From assembly GCA_051453625.1 (NCBI GenBank), contig JBOZIK010000001.1:8647711-8669964 (forward strand): a stretch of DNA of 22,254 bases, given 5' to 3'. The notes under the pieces were generated by a model. It was not told the DNA's origin, searched no databases, and saw only the letters and a program-made list of their open reading frames with translations. Source of the stretch: Welwitschia mirabilis. Its lineage: Eukaryota. Each line of letters starts with the position of its first letter. The stretch's first letter is position 1. Both the position numbers and the translations under genes were made by a program. This document shows, one piece after another, positions 21,664 to 22,254 of this stretch.

Positions 21664-21704
21664 TCATCCTCTATGTCATGAAAACAACATGACATAGAGG
21701 ATGA
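21664..21704. repeat. Perfect 17-bp inverted repeat with a 7-nt loop
   Basis: tcatcctctatgtcatg-aaaacaa-catgacatagaggatga. Confidence 0.95.
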
Positions 21705-21748
21705 TCTTTAGAATATTGAAATTAGAAGCACAAATATGCATTGCAACA

Positions 21749-21769
21749 TTTTGGTGCCATTTCCAGGGA
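21749..21769 (+). other. Primer-binding site of element E
   Basis: ttttggtgccatttccaggga directly after the LTR-terminal CA; 4 differences from ttttggcgccgttgccgggga. Confidence 0.88.
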
Positions 21770-22254
21770 AAACTTCAAGAGAAAAGGAAGATTATCATTA
21801 CTTAAGTAAGTATTTTGAATTCATTTTAATTTATTTATTTGAGTAGTGTTGTATTTTATTCTCTTGGATTTACTTGCAATTGCTTGATTACCTTTTAGTC
21901 TATAAGTATTTATTTGATTATCCATTTGGAGTGTATTTTAATTTCCTTTCTTAAAAATTGTAATTTTTATTTATTTACTTTTAAGTGCAATTTTAAGAAT
22001 TCATATTTCAATTTAGAAATCTATTAGGTTTAGCCTCGTACTTCGTGTGATTTTGGTGATTACCACATTGATTATTATTTACAACAAAGTTGGCCTATAC
22101 TTTGTGCTTCATGCAATTTGAGTAATTTTCATATTCATTTGGTAGATCTTACTCCTAGTACATTTGATTCATCTTGGAGATTAATGTCACTTGAATGTAA
22201 ATAAGCTTTTTTAACATAAATTGATCATACAGGGTAATGATAAATAATAGCAAA

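Larger units (their letters stand above)
21455..22254 (+). mobile_element. Element E: LTR end, PBS and leader of an A-related Athila-like element
   Basis: ...gcattgcaaca ends at 21748 (compare the A termini catcgcaaca / catcgtaaca) and is followed by a PBS. 21770-21840 aligns with the A post-PBS leader (gattatcattacttaagtaagta vs gattgtcactatctagataagta). The left boundary is uncertain (21450-21520). Confidence 0.8.

Noticed and set aside
4296-21748. A LTR and E LTR as the two ends of one element or of a large inversion
   Set aside because: They are in opposite orientation, each is followed by its own PBS pointing outward, and their bodies do not align.

Overview
An AT-rich, CpG-depleted plant-type heterochromatic window made entirely of decayed LTR retrotransposons; I see no host gene, RNA gene or intact CDS. 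Five elements can be resolved. (A) An Athila-like Ty3/gypsy element on the minus strand, 1-5528 (RH/RT/PR/gag, PBS, 5' LTR), running off the left edge. (B) A full-length Athila-like element on the minus strand, 6324-16651, with both LTRs, PBS, PPT remnant and a 4/5 target-site duplication. (C) An older B-related element into which both A and B inserted (5529-6323 plus 16652-17244). (D) A Sirevirus-type Ty1/copia element on the minus strand, 17345-~21455, with pol and an env-like ORF. (E) The LTR end, PBS and leader of an A-related element on the plus strand, ~21455-22254. Two results stand out. Removing B rejoins an in-frame ORF in C that sits where integrase should be, is not recognisable as integrase, and carries three copies of an integrase-tail-like motif. 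B and C also share a small extra post-pol reading frame with synonymous-looking divergence behind a conserved splice-acceptor-like site. All alignments and translations were done by eye, so boundaries are approximate unless a motif is quoted. Two N gaps (1916-2174, 17245-17344) hide part of A and the C/D junction.
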